Numbered from the stretch's first letter, positions 1 to 9,710 are shown. The stretch is DNA of 58,528 bases from Myxococcota bacterium (GCA_040752415.1 JBFMGU010000029.1:1-58528), one strand, 5' to 3'. Program-made: numbers and translations. The notes: generated from the sequence alone by a model not told the origin.

Positions 1-520
1 GCGGGGCGCCACTGGACGATGTGGAGGACCCGTCCGTGGCGCCACCGCCGGAAGATGACGAGGAGGAGGATGACGACGAAGAAGAAGAGGAGGAGGAGGA
101 GGAGGAGGAGGAGGACGACGAAGAGGAGCTGCTGCTGGAGCTGGAGGTGCCGCAGGCGGACAGCGTGTGGTTGGCGGGAGTGCTGTTCGGGTCGCCGGGA
201 AGGGTGATGCCGGAGGTGAACTGCGGCGTGCCACCGCTGGTCCACGTGCCACATGGATCCCCGAGCTCTTCACCATTCGTGAATCCGTCTCCGTCGGAAT
301 CCAGGTCAAACAGCGCTGGCCAGTCCGGATTGCCGCCACTGAGGCTTCCCCGGACGTCATTGCCGAAGGAGTTCCAGCCAAATGAGCTGGTGTGGCAGGT
401 GGTGCAGCTGTTGACGCCACCATTCGGGACATCGCTGACAAAACCGGACTTCGCCAGGGCGGGAACGGGAATCAGCACCGCCAGGGCGGCCGCGACGGTC
501 CAACGGGATAGCTGCCTCAT
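1..520 (-). CDS. Secreted protein (3' end runs off the window): signal peptide, CxxCH motif, temptin-like DSDGDG..NGEELGDPC segment, poly-Ser linker
   Basis: Not in the ORF track because it has no stop in the window. Manual translation from ATG at 520: MRQLSRWTVAAALAVLIPVPARA-KSGFVSDVPNGGVNSCTTCHTSS...LDSDGDGFTNGEELGDPCGTW...SSSSSS. The + strand poly-Glu ORF 21-527 is its shadow. Confidence 0.75.
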   Translation of the reverse strand, partial: MRQLSRWTVAAALAVLIPVPALAKSGFVSDVPNGGVNSCTTCHTSSFGWNSFGNDVRGSLSGGNPDWPALFDLDSDGDGFTNGEELGDPCGTWTSGGTPQFTSGITLPGDPNSTPANHTLSACGTSSSSSSSSSSSSSSSSSSSSSSSSSSSSSSSSGGGATDGSSTSSSGAP

Positions 521-823
521 GTCCTGACCTCGTCTGGAGCAAACGCCCCCGGTGAAGTACCAGCGGCCGCGTTCGCTTCGCGCACACCCTAATCACACGC
601 TAATCACATCCCAAGAGCCACGAAGGCCAGTTTTTGCGCAGGCCAGCACACCCCGCTCCTGCGGCCAGGGCATCACGTGAAGGACGGGAGTGAGCAGGTG
701 GCTCGCCTGTCCGGGCGGACAGGGCTCATGGGCGGATGTTGCCGGTACCGCGGTGCGCCGCACCGAACCTGCACGGGTCCCTGTTCCGCCCACGACGGGT
801 GCGCAGCGTTCCGCCCTGGGCGC

Positions 824-1429
824 TCACCAGCCGCCGGACTTCAACCACGCATCCACTTCGTCGAGTCGATCCCCGCCGAAAAATGGCTCACCGTCCACGA
901 TGATGAACGGTGAGCCGAACACGCCCCGCGCGATGGCGGTGTCGACCTCGTTCTTGACCCGCTCGTCGCTCTCGGGGTCGGCAATGCCGGCCATGAGGGT
1001 GTGCGGCGCCACGTCCACCTTCTCGCCCAGCGCGGCCACGTCGTCGGCGGCGGAGATGGCGCGTCCCTCCGCGAAGGCGGCGTGGAAGACCGCCTTGGCA
1101 AGGGCGCGGGCCTTGGCGGCGTCCTGGTCGCGCAGCCAGTAGTAGGCGCGCACCGCCGGGCCGCTGGGGAAGGGGAACTTCTGCGGCAGGGTGAAGGGCA
1201 CGCCCAGGCGTCGGGAGGCCCGGGCCCAGTCGCGCCTCACGTAGTCGCCCTTGAGCGGGACCTGCACGTGGGGCACCGCGCCGGTGATCTTGAAGACCAC
1301 GCCCAGCGTGATGGGACGCCACTCCACATCCCGTCCATGGCGGGCCGCCAGCTCGTCAATGCGGTGGCTGGCGAGGTAGCCGTAGGGCGAAGAAAAGTCG
1401 AAGTAGAAATCCAGCGGCGCGCCACCCAT
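824..1429 (-). CDS. 2-hydroxychromene-2-carboxylate isomerase / DsbA-like (GST-kappa) thioredoxin-fold protein
   Basis: MGGAPLDFYFDFSSPYGYLAS...GVFGSPFIIVDGEPFFGGDRL motifs. Start reset to ATG 1429 inside track ORF 824-2587. Confidence 0.9.
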   Translation of the reverse strand: MGGAPLDFYFDFSSPYGYLASHRIDELAARHGRDVEWRPITLGVVFKITGAVPHVQVPLKGDYVRRDWARASRRLGVPFTLPQKFPFPSGPAVRAYYWLRDQDAAKARALAKAVFHAAFAEGRAISAADDVAALGEKVDVAPHTLMAGIADPESDERVKNEVDTAIARGVFGSPFIIVDGEPFFGGDRLDEVDAWLKSGGW

Positions 1430-1624
1430 GCGCCGTCTGGTAGTGGAGCCCGCCGCGCTGGTCCAATTCCCAGGCCGTTTTCCGACGCCACTCGGAGGCG
1501 CCTGGAACCCTTTGCCCACAGGGGCGCACCACCCCCCGGCAGGGGCCGTCGAAAAAGGTCCTTGTTCCGCCCAACCCGGGGTTGGTACTGCTGGCGCGCC
1601 GACTGGAGGGGATTCGTGGTCGCA

Positions 1625-4417
1625 ATGGCGCGACGGTTCATGCTGATGGCGGCGTTGGTCGCGGGCTCCGTCTCGCCCGTGGCCGCGGAGCAGCAGGTCC
1701 TCAACACGCAGCGCTGGCAGTCCACCGTCGACGGGCGGGGGCTGGCGCGGACCCACGCCGGTCAGCTCCTGGGTCACCTGGACTTCTCGCTGTTCCTGTG
1801 GACCGACTACGAGCGCAATCCGCTGGTGCTGACCGACCGTCGCAGCGCGGCGCGCGGTCCGTGGGGGACGCTGCCGGGCCCGTACCGCAAGCGCGTGGCG
1901 TCGTTGGTGGAGTCGCGCCTGGCCACGGAGATGGGCCTGAGCGTGGGGCTGTTCAACTGGGTGCAATTGTTCGGCGCGCTGCCGGTCTCGCTCTACCAGG
2001 ACCGGGGGCTGGGCATCTCGTCGGCAACCACCGCGGTGACCCCGCTCAACCAGTTCAACCTGGGCGACCTGCGGCTGGGCGCGAAGATCCGGCTGCTGCA
2101 CCACGAGCAGTTCCTCGTCGACCTGGCGTTCCTTCCGCAGGTCACGCTGCCGCTGGGGCTGGGCTTCCGCGCGCTCAGCGTGCGCACCGGGGGCCGCGCC
2201 ACCGAGGTGGTCCCCGACGTGGGAACCAGCCCCTGGGCCCACGGCTACTACTCCGAAGGGTTCCCGACGCTGCAGCCGGAGCTGGCGTTGTCCCGCGAGC
2301 TGTGGGGCTTCTTCGCCGGGGCGAACGTGGGACTGCGCGTGCGTCGACCGTACGAGGTGCAGAAGCTCACCATCAGCCAGGAGCTGGTGTGGCGTGCCGG
2401 CGTGGGCTTCAAGGGCGCGCGCCTGGCCGAGCGGGTGGCGCTGATGCGCTTCTTCCCCGTCGAGGTGGCGCTGGAGGCCTCCGGTGCGTCCGCGCTCAAC
2501 CATCCCTACCTGGCCGTGCCCTACCTCACTCCCGGCGCAACGACGGTGGAAGCCAAGCTGCCCGCGCCGCTGCAGCCCTACCAGCACACTGGTGAGCTCA
2601 GTGCGGTGGTGGGCCTGGATGTGCTGGGGTTCCAGCCCTACGTGGGCGCGGCGGCGGGCGTGCTGCCGGGCTGGGGCACGCCGGACTACCGCGTCATGGC
2701 CGGCGTGCGCGTGGGCACGGATGCCCGACGTTCCTTCCCGCCGCGCATGAAGGACCGCGACGGAGACGGCGTTGCCGACGGAGAGGACCTGTGCCCCGGC
2801 GCGAGTGGCCTGGCGAGCCTGGGGGGATGCCCGGTGCCGGATGACGACGGAGACGGCGTTGCCTCCGACGTGGATGTCTGTCCGCTGGAGCCGGGCAAGG
2901 GTGGCGCCGACGGGTGTCCCGCGGTGGCCGCGGCGGTGACCCTGCCCGACGGGGACGGCGACGGCGTGCCGGACGAGGAGGACCTCTGCCCCACGCTATC
3001 CGACGACGTGGACGGGTTCCAGGACACCGACGGCTGCCCCGAGGGCGACAACGACGGGGATGGCATCACCGACGTGCGGGACCTCTGTCCGCTGCAGGCG
3101 GAATCCTTCAACGGCCACCAGGACGGCGACGGCTGCCCGGACCTGGAGACCGTGGTGGCGGGTGACGCCGACGGCGACGGGGTGGCCGACGCCCGGGACC
3201 TCTGTCCCTACGACGCCGAGGATGCCGACCAGCACCGCGACGGCGACGGTTGCCCCGACGGTGACGACGTGGGGCGCGCGGACGACGCCGACGGAGATGG
3301 CGTGCCGGGCGCGGCGGACGCGTGCGTGGCGCTGGCCGAGGACCGGGATGGGTTCCTGGATGACGACGGTTGCCCCGAGCCGGACAACGACGAGGACGGT
3401 TTCCCCGACGGGAACGACGCGTGTCCGCTGGAGGCGGAGACCTGGGATGACGCGGGCGACGGTTGCCCCGCGCGCATGGGTGGCGTGGCTCCCACGACGC
3501 TGGCGGCCCGGCGCGCCCCCTCGGCGGACGACGCTGACGGCGACGGCGTGCGCGACGGGGAAGACGCCTGTCCCCACGGCGCGGAGGATGCCGACGGGTT
3601 CCAGGACGAGGACGGCTGCGCGGAGCGCGACAACGATGCGGACGGAATCCCCGACGTGGCCGACCGCTGCGCGCTGGAAGCGGAGACGCCCAACGCCTTC
3701 CGCGACGACGACGGTTGTCCCGACACCGCCGCGGACGGCGACGCCGACGGCTGGGCCGACATCCAGGACCGCTGCCCCACGGAAGCCGGCGCCGCGCCGG
3801 ATGGCTGCCCGCACCTGGCGCGCTCCTTCGAAGACATGGTCAAGGCCGGCGACAGCGACGGGGACGGACTGGTGGACGGTGCGGACCCGTGCCCGGGCAG
3901 CGCCGAGGACCGGGACGGCTTCGAGGACGAGGACGGTTGCCCCGAGCGCGACAACGACGAGGATGGCCTGGATGACGCGCGGGACAGCTGCCCGCTGGAA
4001 GCGGAGACCATCAACGGCCGCAAGGATACCGACGGGTGCGCGGACAAGGGTGCGCCCACCACGCGTGCCGGCGGGCGCATCCCCGAGCGCATCGGGTTTG
4101 GCGTGGGCACCGCGGACATCTCGCCGGAGGGACGCGCGCTGCTCAGCCAGGTGGTGTTGCGCCTGCGCGCCAACCGGCACCTCCAGGTGGAGATCCAGGG
4201 CCACGCCGACGGTGCCGGCAGTGACGAGGTGAACTCGGCGCTCTCGCACCACCGCGCGGAGAGCGTGAAGGCATTCCTGGTGCAGGAAGGCATTGAGGCC
4301 GAGCGGCTGCAGTCCCGCGGCTACGGCGCCACGCGCCCGCGCGCGTCCAACGACACCGAGGCGGGACGGCAGGCCAATCGTCGAGTGGAGTTCGTGGTGA
4401 TCGGAGATTCCCGATGA
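1625..4417 (+). CDS. Outer-membrane protein: N-terminal beta-barrel-like region, many thrombospondin type-3 (DxDxDG...CP) repeats, C-terminal OmpA peptidoglycan-binding domain (TraB-like architecture)
   Basis: Signal peptide MARRFMLMAALVAG, repeated DGDGDG..D.CP..ED.DGF.D.DGCP units, C-terminal IQGHAD...NSALSHHRAESV...GYG...ANRRVEF. Confidence 0.9.
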   Translation: MARRFMLMAALVAGSVSPVAAEQQVLNTQRWQSTVDGRGLARTHAGQLLGHLDFSLFLWTDYERNPLVLTDRRSAARGPWGTLPGPYRKRVASLVESRLATEMGLSVGLFNWVQLFGALPVSLYQDRGLGISSATTAVTPLNQFNLGDLRLGAKIRLLHHEQFLVDLAFLPQVTLPLGLGFRALSVRTGGRATEVVPDVGTSPWAHGYYSEGFPTLQPELALSRELWGFFAGANVGLRVRRPYEVQKLTISQELVWRAGVGFKGARLAERVALMRFFPVEVALEASGASALNHPYLAVPYLTPGATTVEAKLPAPLQPYQHTGELSAVVGLDVLGFQPYVGAAAGVLPGWGTPDYRVMAGVRVGTDARRSFPPRMKDRDGDGVADGEDLCPGASGLASLGGCPVPDDDGDGVASDVDVCPLEPGKGGADGCPAVAAAVTLPDGDGDGVPDEEDLCPTLSDDVDGFQDTDGCPEGDNDGDGITDVRDLCPLQAESFNGHQDGDGCPDLETVVAGDADGDGVADARDLCPYDAEDADQHRDGDGCPDGDDVGRADDADGDGVPGAADACVALAEDRDGFLDDDGCPEPDNDEDGFPDGNDACPLEAETWDDAGDGCPARMGGVAPTTLAARRAPSADDADGDGVRDGEDACPHGAEDADGFQDEDGCAERDNDADGIPDVADRCALEAETPNAFRDDDGCPDTAADGDADGWADIQDRCPTEAGAAPDGCPHLARSFEDMVKAGDSDGDGLVDGADPCPGSAEDRDGFEDEDGCPERDNDEDGLDDARDSCPLEAETINGRKDTDGCADKGAPTTRAGGRIPERIGFGVGTADISPEGRALLSQVVLRLRANRHLQVEIQGHADGAGSDEVNSALSHHRAESVKAFLVQEGIEAERLQSRGYGATRPRASNDTEAGRQANRRVEFVVIGDSR

Positions 4418-5604
4418 GCGCAAGGAAACCGTGGATCCTGCTGGTGCTGGCTTCCTCGTCGTGGGCGCATGCCGCGCAGACCGACGCGTGCGGCGGAATC
4501 CGCCTGGCGCAGGGCACCGTGCAGCTGGGGCGACCGCTGGGCATGGAGGGCGCGAGCAGCCCCGAGGACAAGGCGTGCCTGGCCGCGGTGGCGCAGGAGC
4601 TGGCGCGACACGAGGAGGTGCGCGGCATCACCGTGGCGGTGCGCGTTCCGGATGCCCAGCGTGCCGAGGGGAAGGCACTGGCCACCGCGCGCCGCATTGC
4701 CGACGAGCTGGTGACGGCGGGGCTGCCCAAGGAGCGCGTCTTTGCCGTGGCGCCCCGCGCCGAGGACTACGAGCCACCGACGATCCAGATCCGCTACACC
4801 GAGCGCGCGCCGCAGAACGTGGTGGCCCGCGTGGCGACGGTGGATGGCTCCGTGCAGCTGGGTCCCGACGAGGCCACGCTGCGTCCCGCCGAGATGGGCA
4901 TGCCGGTGCAGGAAGGGGCGCTGGTGCAGACCGGCATCCAGGGCGCGGTGTGGCTCCGCCTCAAGGACGGCAGCGGCTTCAAGCTGGGCCCGCGCGGCCT
5001 CATGAAGGTGGTGCAGCTGCAGCACGGTGACGACGGGGTGTGGCACGTCAGGCTGGAGCTGGTGCGCGGCGAGCTGGAGACCTCGGTGAAGAACGCGGCG
5101 GCCGGCTCCGAGCTGGAGGCGAGCACGCGCGTGGCGGTGGCGCGGGGGCGCTCCTCGTTCCGGCTGGTGGTGCAGGAGGACGGCGGCGCGCGCGTGGAGT
5201 CGCTCGACGGTCGGGTGACCTTGGGCTCGCGCACGCGGCCGGATGCGCAGCCGGTGGAGGTGGCGGCGGGGCAGGGGGCGCGCGTGGGGGCCAGTGGTCG
5301 CATGGAGTCTCCCGGTGCGCTGCCGCGCGCTCCCGCGCCGGTGGGGCCACTCAAGGGGGCGCTGCCCGCCAATCACCAGCTCAGCTGGGCGCCCGTCGAC
5401 GGGGCGGTGCGCTACCGCGTGGAGCTGGCGCAGGACGCCGATTTCACCGCGCGACTGGGCACGCGCCTGGTGGACCGCGCCACCGTGCACACGCTGGAGC
5501 CCGTGCCCGCGGCCGGGAAATGGTTCTGGCGGGTCTCCGCCGTCGACGACGCAGGATTCGTGGGCCCCGCTTCCAAGGTCCACGCCTTTGTCGTGGTTCC
5601 GTGA
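4414..5604 (+). CDS. Secreted FecR-domain protein with degenerate OmpA-like N-terminal domain and C-terminal Fn3-like domain
   Basis: FecR-like VQTG..GAVWLRLKDGS..KLGPRG...RLELVRGEL; C-terminal LSWAPVDGAVRYRVELA...WFWRVSAVD. ATGA overlap with the upstream gene. Confidence 0.75.
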   Translation: MSARKPWILLVLASSSWAHAAQTDACGGIRLAQGTVQLGRPLGMEGASSPEDKACLAAVAQELARHEEVRGITVAVRVPDAQRAEGKALATARRIADELVTAGLPKERVFAVAPRAEDYEPPTIQIRYTERAPQNVVARVATVDGSVQLGPDEATLRPAEMGMPVQEGALVQTGIQGAVWLRLKDGSGFKLGPRGLMKVVQLQHGDDGVWHVRLELVRGELETSVKNAAAGSELEASTRVAVARGRSSFRLVVQEDGGARVESLDGRVTLGSRTRPDAQPVEVAAGQGARVGASGRMESPGALPRAPAPVGPLKGALPANHQLSWAPVDGAVRYRVELAQDADFTARLGTRLVDRATVHTLEPVPAAGKWFWRVSAVDDAGFVGPASKVHAFVVVP

Positions 5605-6983
5605 TGCGCACCTGGGGCACGCTCCTCGTCACCATGGCCGTCCTGCTCGCCGCGGAGGCGCGAGGGGCGGAGCTGCGCGTGCCGGAGTCGTACGCCACCA
5701 TTGGTGAAGCGCTGGAGAGCGCGGCGCCGGGCGACCAGATCCTGGTGGGACCGGGCACGTACACCGGGCCGTCCAATGCGTGGGTGATCGTGGATTCCTC
5801 GGTAAGCATCCGGGCCACCGGCGGCGCGGCGGTGACGCACTGGCAATGCGACCTACCCGGGTTCCCGACGATCTACGTGCGCAATGGCGCCAGCCCCACC
5901 ATTGAAGGCTTCCACTTCACCGGCTGCGACAGCATGAGCGGCGGCGCGGTGCAGGTGGTGGACGGCTCTCCGCTGTTCGTGAACTGCGAGTTCACGGGGA
6001 ATCGCGCGCAGGCCGGCGGGGCCATCCACGTGGGCGCACCCGGCGCTCCCGCCTCCGTGCGCGTCTACAACAGCGTCTTCCACGACAACGAAGCGACGAA
6101 CAGCGGCGCGGCCATCCACGTCGAGGCGGGGGAGGCGCACGCCACCAACTGCACCTTCCTGGACAACCCGGTGGAAGGCGGCGCGGCGGGTACCGTGGCG
6201 GTGGCGGACCAGGGGCTGGTGGAGCTGGTGAACGTGATCCTGTGGGACACGCAGGCCACTCCGGTGGCCCACGTGCGCATGCTGGGCGCCGGCGCCGAGG
6301 TCACCACCCGCTACAGCGACGTGCGCGGCGGGAACGCGGCCTACGTGGGGAACGCCACCGCGGTGGCAACCGCCACGGACAACGCGCACGACGTGCAGAA
6401 CCTCGACGTGGACCCGGTGTTCCAGGCGGCGGGCGAGGGCCGCGTGCACCTGCAGCCGGACTCGCCGTGTCGTGACAGCGGAGAGCCGGGGAGCACGCCG
6501 GACATCAACGGCACACCGGCGGACCGCGGCGCGTTCCCGTTCTGGCACGCCTACTGCGGCAACGCGTACCTGGACGCCAATGAGCAATGTGACGACGGAA
6601 ACCTCACGCCCGCCGACGGCTGCGAGAGCACCTGCCTGCTGCACGACCGCGACAACGACGGCGCACCCGACGAGGCCGACAACTGCGGCGACGCGCCGAA
6701 TCCCGGCCAGGAGGACCAGGACTCCGACCGCGCGGGGGACGTCTGCGACGACGACCGCGATGGCGACGGGCATCCCAACGCACAGGACAACTGTCCCACG
6801 GTGAACAACCCGGCGCAGGAGGACCGCGACGAGGATGGCGTGGGTCTGGGCTGCGACGACGACGGGGATCCGCGCGACGAGGGATTGGGCGGAGGCGGCG
6901 CGCTGGGAGGATGCACCGCGGCCCCGCCGGAGTGGTGCGCCGGGATGTTGCTCCTGGCGCTGCTCCGACGACGCGCGCGTTGA
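5604..6983 (+). CDS. Cell-surface protein: right-handed beta-helix, Myxococcus Cys-rich repeat (DUF4215-like), TSP3 repeats, MYXO-CTERM-like tail
   Basis: MRTWGTLLVTMAVLLAAEARG signal; GGAI..../F..N.A repeats; CGNAYLDANEQCDDGN..PADGC; GGCTAAPP..hydrophobic..RRRAR C-terminus. TGATG overlap with the upstream gene. Confidence 0.8.
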   Translation: MRTWGTLLVTMAVLLAAEARGAELRVPESYATIGEALESAAPGDQILVGPGTYTGPSNAWVIVDSSVSIRATGGAAVTHWQCDLPGFPTIYVRNGASPTIEGFHFTGCDSMSGGAVQVVDGSPLFVNCEFTGNRAQAGGAIHVGAPGAPASVRVYNSVFHDNEATNSGAAIHVEAGEAHATNCTFLDNPVEGGAAGTVAVADQGLVELVNVILWDTQATPVAHVRMLGAGAEVTTRYSDVRGGNAAYVGNATAVATATDNAHDVQNLDVDPVFQAAGEGRVHLQPDSPCRDSGEPGSTPDINGTPADRGAFPFWHAYCGNAYLDANEQCDDGNLTPADGCESTCLLHDRDNDGAPDEADNCGDAPNPGQEDQDSDRAGDVCDDDRDGDGHPNAQDNCPTVNNPAQEDRDEDGVGLGCDDDGDPRDEGLGGGGALGGCTAAPPEWCAGMLLLALLRRRAR

Positions 6984-6990
6984 GACGCCG

Positions 6991-8142
6991 TCACGCCAGG
7001 GTGACGCGGCTCAGCATGTCCATGTGCTCCAGCGCCTTGCCGCCGCCCACCGCCACCGCACCCACGGGGTCCTCGGCCAGCCGCACCGCCACGCCGGTGT
7101 CCTGCGCCAGCACGCGGTCCAGCATGCGCAACTGAGCTCCTCCGCCGGTGAGGCAGATGCCCCGCTCCGCAATGTCCGCGGCCAGCTCCGGGGGCGTGCG
7201 CTCCAGCGCGTTGCGCACCGTCTCCACGATGACGTTGACCGGCTCCTGCAGCGCCTCGCGGATCTCGTCGCTGGTGACCTGCACCATGCGTGGCACGCCG
7301 GCCACCAGGTCACGGCCCTTCACGCTCATGCTCAGTGACGGCGTCACCGGCGCCGCGGCGCCCACCTGCAGCTTCACCTCCTCCGCGGTGCGCTCACCAA
7401 TCAGCAGGCTGTGACGACGTTTGAGATGACTGATGATGGCCTGGTCCATGCGCTCCCCGCCCACGCGCACGCTGCGGGAGTGGACAATGCCCCCCAAGGA
7501 GATGATGGCCGCCTCGGTGGTGCCGGCGCCGACGTCGACGAGCATGCAGCCCGCGGGCTCGGTGATGGGCAGCCCCGCGCCAATGGCCGCGGCAATCGGC
7601 TCCTCGATGAGATGGACCTCCCGCGCCCGCGCTCCCTCCGCGGCCTCCCGCACCGCGCGCTTCTCCACCTCGGTGATGCCCACCGGCACCGCGATGATGA
7701 CCCGTGGCCGCATCCACGAGCTGCCCACCGCCAGCTGCAGGAAGTGGCGCAGCATTTCCGCGGTGGCGTCGAAGTCCGCAATCACGCCTTCATGCAGCGG
7801 ACGCACCGCCATCATGTTTCCCGGCGTGCGACCCAGCATCTGGTGCGCCTGCTGCCCCACCGCCACCACGCGCGGCCCGGCGCCTTCCCGTCGGACGGCC
7901 AGCACGCTGGGCTCACTGACCACGATGCCCCTGTTGCGCACGAACACGCTGGTGCGCGCGGTGCCGAGGTCCACCGCCACGTCGGGGGCGAACCAGCCGG
8001 TGATGCGGTCCAGCAGCGGTCCGGCGCTCAGCCCGCCGAGGTAGCGCGGCGCGGGATGGAACGAACCGGAGGGCGAGGTGGGGACCAGGTCGGTGACGGT
8101 GGCCTGGTGCGGTTGCAGGAGCAGGGGTTGGCGGCGCAGCAC
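6991..8142 (-). CDS. mreB: MreB/Mbl family actin-like protein (paralog); start uncertain
   Basis: AVDLGTART, EPSVLA, IEEPIAAAIGAG, DVGAGTTE, LTGGGAQL motifs. GTG at 8142 follows a GGAGG. Confidence 0.88.
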   Translation of the reverse strand: MLRRQPLLLQPHQATVTDLVPTSPSGSFHPAPRYLGGLSAGPLLDRITGWFAPDVAVDLGTARTSVFVRNRGIVVSEPSVLAVRREGAGPRVVAVGQQAHQMLGRTPGNMMAVRPLHEGVIADFDATAEMLRHFLQLAVGSSWMRPRVIIAVPVGITEVEKRAVREAAEGARAREVHLIEEPIAAAIGAGLPITEPAGCMLVDVGAGTTEAAIISLGGIVHSRSVRVGGERMDQAIISHLKRRHSLLIGERTAEEVKLQVGAAAPVTPSLSMSVKGRDLVAGVPRMVQVTSDEIREALQEPVNVIVETVRNALERTPPELAADIAERGICLTGGGAQLRMLDRVLAQDTGVAVRLAEDPVGAVAVGGGKALEHMDMLSRVTLA

Positions 8143-8374
8143 GGCGTTCCATCCTCCAGGGCAGGCGTGGGTCAGGTCAGGTGGCGGCGCCCGGCGCGGG
8201 AGGAGGCCCCGGAGATTTCCCGCGCGGCTTGTTGTGGATGGGCGCGTTTCTGATGAGCGCAACCCGTGGTGGCCGCGCGTCCATTTCCCCCCGCGCGCGA
8301 CGGTGGCGCGATCCGTCAACGTGCTGTCGCACCACGGTGTGACGGCGGAGGACGCCCGGTTAACATGGAGGGAG

Positions 8375-9583
8375 ATGCCCGCCGGGACCGTGGCCTACAT
8401 CACCGACGTGGAAGGGCGCTGGGACAAGCTGACCAGCTTCGCGGCCGCCAACCCGCACGTCAGCCTGGACGGAGACGGGAAGCTCACCGTGGCACCCGGC
8501 GTGGTGCTGGTCTTCGGCGGGGACGCCATTGATCGCGGGCCGCAGGGGCGGCGGGTGGTGCGGACGCTGCTGGACGCCCGTCGCCGCCAGCCCTCCCAGG
8601 TGGTGCTCCTGGCCGGGAACCGCGACATCAACAAGATGCGCCTGAGGCGGGAGCTTGACGGTCACCCGCCGCCGCGCACGCCGGAGCCGCTCCGCACCGG
8701 TGCCCGCGCCGAGCTGCTGAAGTGGATCTTCGGGAACACCATGGGCGCGCGGCACGCGTTCGAGATGCGTCGGCAAGAGCTGGGCCGCGAGCGGGCGGTG
8801 GTTTCAGACGAGGAAGTCACCGAGAGCTTCCTCACCGACCTCTCCCCCGACGGCGCGCTCTCCGAGTACCTCTCGCACTGCCAGCTGGCCTACCGGCACG
8901 GCGCCACGTTGTTCGTGCACGGCGCGGTGGGGGAGCACTCCTTGGGCGTGGTGCCGGGTGAGAGCCGTGTCGACGACGTGGACCGCTGGGTGCGTCGGCT
9001 CAACGACTGGTACACGGGCCAGGTGCAGGCCTACCGCGAGGATGCGCGGGACCGCGACGGGCAACCGCGCTGCGCGCCGCTAGTGGCCTACCAGGCGCCA
9101 CTGCCGGGGACGCGGCTCAATCAAGAGAGCGTGGTCTATGGTCGTCCCACCGACGAGGAAGGGGTGGCGCATCTCCCCCCGCCCGACGTGGTGCAACGGC
9201 TGCAGCGCGCCGGCGTCTCCCGCGTGGTGGTGGGGCACACGCCGAACGGCGACTCTCCGTCGGTGGTGCGCGCGGAAGGCTTTGAGCTGGTGCTGGCGGA
9301 CAACAGCTACGGGCGGCTGGAGGAAGGCAGCCAGGTGGTCATCACCGACGAGACCTTCCGCTCCCGCGTGCGCATCCAGCTGGATGACGGCACCACCGTG
9401 GAGGCACGCATTGACCTGGTGCGCGGTGAGCCCTCGCCGGTGGGGCGGCGGCTCGTCGACACCGGGCACCTGGTGAAGGGCCAGCTCCCGCACGAGCACT
9501 GGCTGCTCTACCGCCCGCTCAAGGAGTTCAAGATGGAGCAGCGGGCGGTTTCCGACGTGGAGCTGCGCGCACGCCTGCGCTGA
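8375..9583 (+). CDS. Calcineurin-like metallophosphoesterase
   Basis: TDVEG, GGDAIDRG, LAGNRDIN, FVHG and VVGHTP motifs; ATG 8375 after GGAGGGAG. Confidence 0.8.
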   Translation: MPAGTVAYITDVEGRWDKLTSFAAANPHVSLDGDGKLTVAPGVVLVFGGDAIDRGPQGRRVVRTLLDARRRQPSQVVLLAGNRDINKMRLRRELDGHPPPRTPEPLRTGARAELLKWIFGNTMGARHAFEMRRQELGRERAVVSDEEVTESFLTDLSPDGALSEYLSHCQLAYRHGATLFVHGAVGEHSLGVVPGESRVDDVDRWVRRLNDWYTGQVQAYREDARDRDGQPRCAPLVAYQAPLPGTRLNQESVVYGRPTDEEGVAHLPPPDVVQRLQRAGVSRVVVGHTPNGDSPSVVRAEGFELVLADNSYGRLEEGSQVVITDETFRSRVRIQLDDGTTVEARIDLVRGEPSPVGRRLVDTGHLVKGQLPHEHWLLYRPLKEFKMEQRAVSDVELRARLR

Positions 9584-9588
9584 AGGTG

Positions 9589-9710
9589 TGTCGGAGAATC
9601 CACAAGGAAGTCAGAAGTCAGAAGTCAGAATGTAGACGTCAGGAGGTGCTCGCCCTTCGTCGTCACCGGGCCCGTTCTGACTCCTGGCTCCCTTGTGGGA
9701 TTCTCCGACA
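9589..9710. repeat. 122-bp element with ~35-bp imperfect terminal inverted repeats (TGTCGGAGAATCC...) containing AGAAGTC heptamers; MITE-like or bidirectional terminator
   Basis: Left TGTCGGAGAATCCACAAGGAAGTCAGAAGTCAGAA vs reverse complement of the right end TGTCGGAGAATCCCACAAGGGAGCCAGGAGTCAGAA; lies between convergent genes. Confidence 0.75.

Noticed and set aside
21..527. Poly-Glu/Asp ORF on the + strand
   Set aside because: Antisense shadow of the minus-strand poly-Ser gene, which has a signal peptide and recognisable motifs.
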